A DNA stretch of 64,000 nucleotides, taken from Eledone cirrhosa (taxonomy: Eukaryota). How positions within the stretch are numbered: position 1 is the stretch's first letter; every line of letters starts with the position of its first letter. The notes beneath the pieces were generated by a model. It was not told the DNA's origin and ran no database searches. It saw only the letters and a program-made list of their open reading frames with translations. Position numbers and translations under genes: made by a program. Positions 61,430-64,000 of the stretch are shown here, one piece after another. The stretch is from the NCBI GenBank assembly GCA_964016885.1, contig OZ024760.1, positions 28,954,001 to 29,018,000 on the forward strand, given 5' to 3'.

Positions 61430-62040
61430 TTTATCTAAAAATATTTATATTATAATCTTATGTGAAAACATTTGTTAAGTTACGTTACAAACACCAGCTT
61501 CTCTTCCTCACTCACTTATTCCTGAGAGGGTCATAAAGGCAGGGTCCTCAACCACTCCTACCTGCAGGTCCCGTCAAAAGCAACCATTTCCAAATGAGAC
61601 AAGCCAAGCTCATGGGCCTCCTACCAGTTGGTTTTGCCCATATAATGCAGCGATTCTTTCCTGAGACATTCTAATCACATGACTGTAGTATCGGACACGG
61701 AAGAGCCGAACTCCCACTGTCATCATCTCCATCTCTCTCACCCTCCCCATCTCTCTGTATTATGACCAAATGGGGTCCCACATGCTGGCCGTCCCATGGG
61801 CCCCGGCAGACAGAATGGATAAGGCGTTTCCCCGGGCGATACTAAGGGAGCTGTGCTGGAAGAGCCATTCCATCTCGCGAGGCTCACATCTGCGGCTAGC
61901 CAGCTCAGCGCCTATGGTGGTAAGTAGGGAGGTAGCTCTAGCGCCAAGGACACCAGAAGTCTCCACTGCTAAGGGCTCGACTGCAAACCTGTTGGAGAGC
62001 GACCGATACTTTGAGAGTTTACCCTCCTCATGCTCAAACA
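61430..62040 (-). mobile_element. 5'-truncated CRE-like (restriction-like endonuclease) non-LTR retrotransposon fragment
   Basis: ORF 61760-62053 reads K..KY..L...F...PLAVETSG..G..A..LL..IG..LA.....PRE...LFQ..SLSIARGNA.SIL, the pattern that ends CRE-clade proteins; the 3' boundary is uncertain. Confidence 0.7.
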
Positions 62041-62214
62041 CACACACTATCATATGTGTGTGTATATATATATATATATAAAAGTTTATCCCGGGTTCAA
62101 TTGGGGGTAACCACAGTAAATAAGGTACTCAATACATAGCAGAGTATAAATATTTAATATAGAGATGGCTTCTACAGGACTAGAGCTGTTTCATTTGGGA
62201 GAAATCATCAGGAT

Positions 62215-62242
<28 letters not shown>

Positions 62243-62245
<3 letters not shown>

Positions 62246-62585
62246 GGCACATGGCTTAGTGGTTAGAGCATTGGCCTTGCAATCGAAAGGTTGTGAGTTC
62301 AATTCTCAGACTGGGTGATGTGTTGTTTCCTTGAGCAAGACACTTTATTTCACATTGCTCCAGTTTACTCAGCTGTAGAAATGAGATGATAGGGACTGGG
62401 GTCCCTATCATTCCACTGCAAAGTGGTCGTGGAGGTGCCACGGGAAAAAAGCATCCAGCACTCACTGTAAATGAGGTTGGTGTTAGGAAGGGCATCCAGC
62501 TGTAGAAATCAAGCCAGAATCAGTTCTCGTCCCACCCTTGCAAGCAGGGAGAAGCGGACGTAAAATGATGATGATGATGATGATA
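62243..62585 (+). mobile_element. SINE family B, full length
   Basis: Near-identical to 16005-16340. Confidence 0.85.
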
Positions 62586-63067
62586 TTCAAAATAAATGTG
62601 GAGAGTGCACAAGACAAAGATAATGGAAAAACAATGGAAAAACGGACAGCCCCCAACTTGTGGAAAGCTCTACGTGTTTGGTGTATTATTTCCAGAGGTT
62701 AATTGAGGAAATGGGACTGTCTGTTTTTCAATTGTCTTTGTTCTGTATTTTGAATCCATATTCTAAAGACTTAGTGATGCAGGCTTTTTTGAAACTATAT
62801 ATATCATCATCATCATCGTTTAACATCCATTTTCCACGATAGCATGGATATATCTCTCTATCTATCTATATATATATATATATATATGTGTATATATATG
62901 CACACACACACTCAAATAGACGCACACATGCAGGCACATACACATACATGTGTGTGTCTATCTATATATACATATGCAAAAGGAGACAGTTTTTATTGAT
63001 GTTCCTTTCCAATTTTGAAACTGTTTTATGAATCAGAAATATATATGAATGGTAGAAGAGATAGATA

Positions 63068-64000
63068 AATTTCTTTATTAGCCACAAGGGCACAAAAGAA
63101 GGGGACAAATACAAATGGGGAGTTTACATACAGGTATATGAAAATAAAACTATTAATAAAATAACAAATAACACTTGAAATCCCCAATAGGGGGGAGGCA
63201 TTACACAGGGGTTGTACACACCCTGAAAAAATGTACAACCCTCATCTCCAGGAGCACCAAGAGTGAGTACTCCCTTCATCTCTTCCTATTTTTCCTCAAC
63301 CTACAGGCTTATATAGAGAGAAGGCCCAACCACTCGGGCCATCTTTGCCACATTCAACCACCTTTTATAAAATTTGCTGAGGTACAGCACCTCTCTCTCC
63401 ATCCTGATTCTTCTTCCAAAATGATATTTGAAAAAACGAATCAGTTGCTCGCCGGAGAGAAAGGTGTCTGACCTCAGCCCTTTTAACCTCGTCCACCATA
63501 TAACCTTTTTCACCATAGCCATAACATATAGGAAAACTGCCTCTTCTTCGCTTTTGAAGGAGGGTGGCGGTTTGATCATGACAATGGACTTGGTGGTCAA
63601 CTGGATTGGTCCCACCCGCGGCAATAGTCGTTCTACATAACCCCACAGGTCGGTAACGCCCAGGCAGTGTACAAATGCGTGCGCGACGGTTTCCTCATTG
63701 CGCACGCATCTCGGACAGATCTTTTTCGAAGGGTCCCTGCCCGGGTGCTCGTGTCAGTAGAGCTTGTCTCGAACTGGTAGAGCTCCTCGGTAACACTGCC
63801 AGGCCAGGGACATTTGGAAATTGTCCATCGATCCCAGGCGGAAGGTCCTACCGAACAGACTGGCCAGTTCGTCCTCCTCTATGGCCAGAGTTTCTCCGAG
63901 CGTGTCGACGCACTTGCTGCTGACAAACCCTCTATAGAATGTCGAAGTGGAGTCTCCACTGATCGCCGGGTCCGCCTGCCAGAGGACTGTGAGTGCCTGA
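63068..64000 (-). mobile_element. Tx1/L1-clade LINE 3' portion, continues beyond the window
   Basis: ORF 63301-63705 is homologous to 7893-8366; terminus gcccttgtggctaataaagaaat on the minus strand. Confidence 0.85.

Overview
Repeat-dense eukaryotic intronic DNA. The SINE, LINE and microsatellite content suggests a mollusc, most likely an octopus (inference, not proven). The only host gene found is four + strand coding exons (14635-15006, 46281-46404, 54890-54981, 56891-57026). They splice in phase and encode the second half of PDZ2, a linker and all of PDZ3 of an MPDZ/PATJ-type multi-PDZ scaffold. Everything else is intron filler: a decayed full-length Tx1/L1-clade LINE plus two 3' fragments, a nearly intact 5'-truncated RTE LINE with a PHD finger inside ORF2, several RTE remnants, a CRE-like fragment, two tRNA-derived SINE families, Tc1/mariner-type and TTAA (piggyBac-type) MITEs, a non-autonomous Helitron, and about 25 kb of satellites and minisatellites. 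The most notable observations are: (1) minimal hammerhead-ribozyme motifs (Penelope-type), two of them inside ~95-99 bp fold-back hairpins; (2) a short shared 3' terminus linking the most abundant SINE to the Tx1 LINE, with these elements stacked head-to-tail at (ATT)n; (3) several minisatellites traceable to pieces of transposons in the same window, including a 13-copy array of a tRNA-like SINE head just after an exon; (4) a splice acceptor preceded by a ~1 kb AG-free (CCATT)-type satellite. The very long ORFs at 31-45 kb and 49-53 kb are satellite artefacts. All alignments were done by eye and repeat boundaries are approximate.
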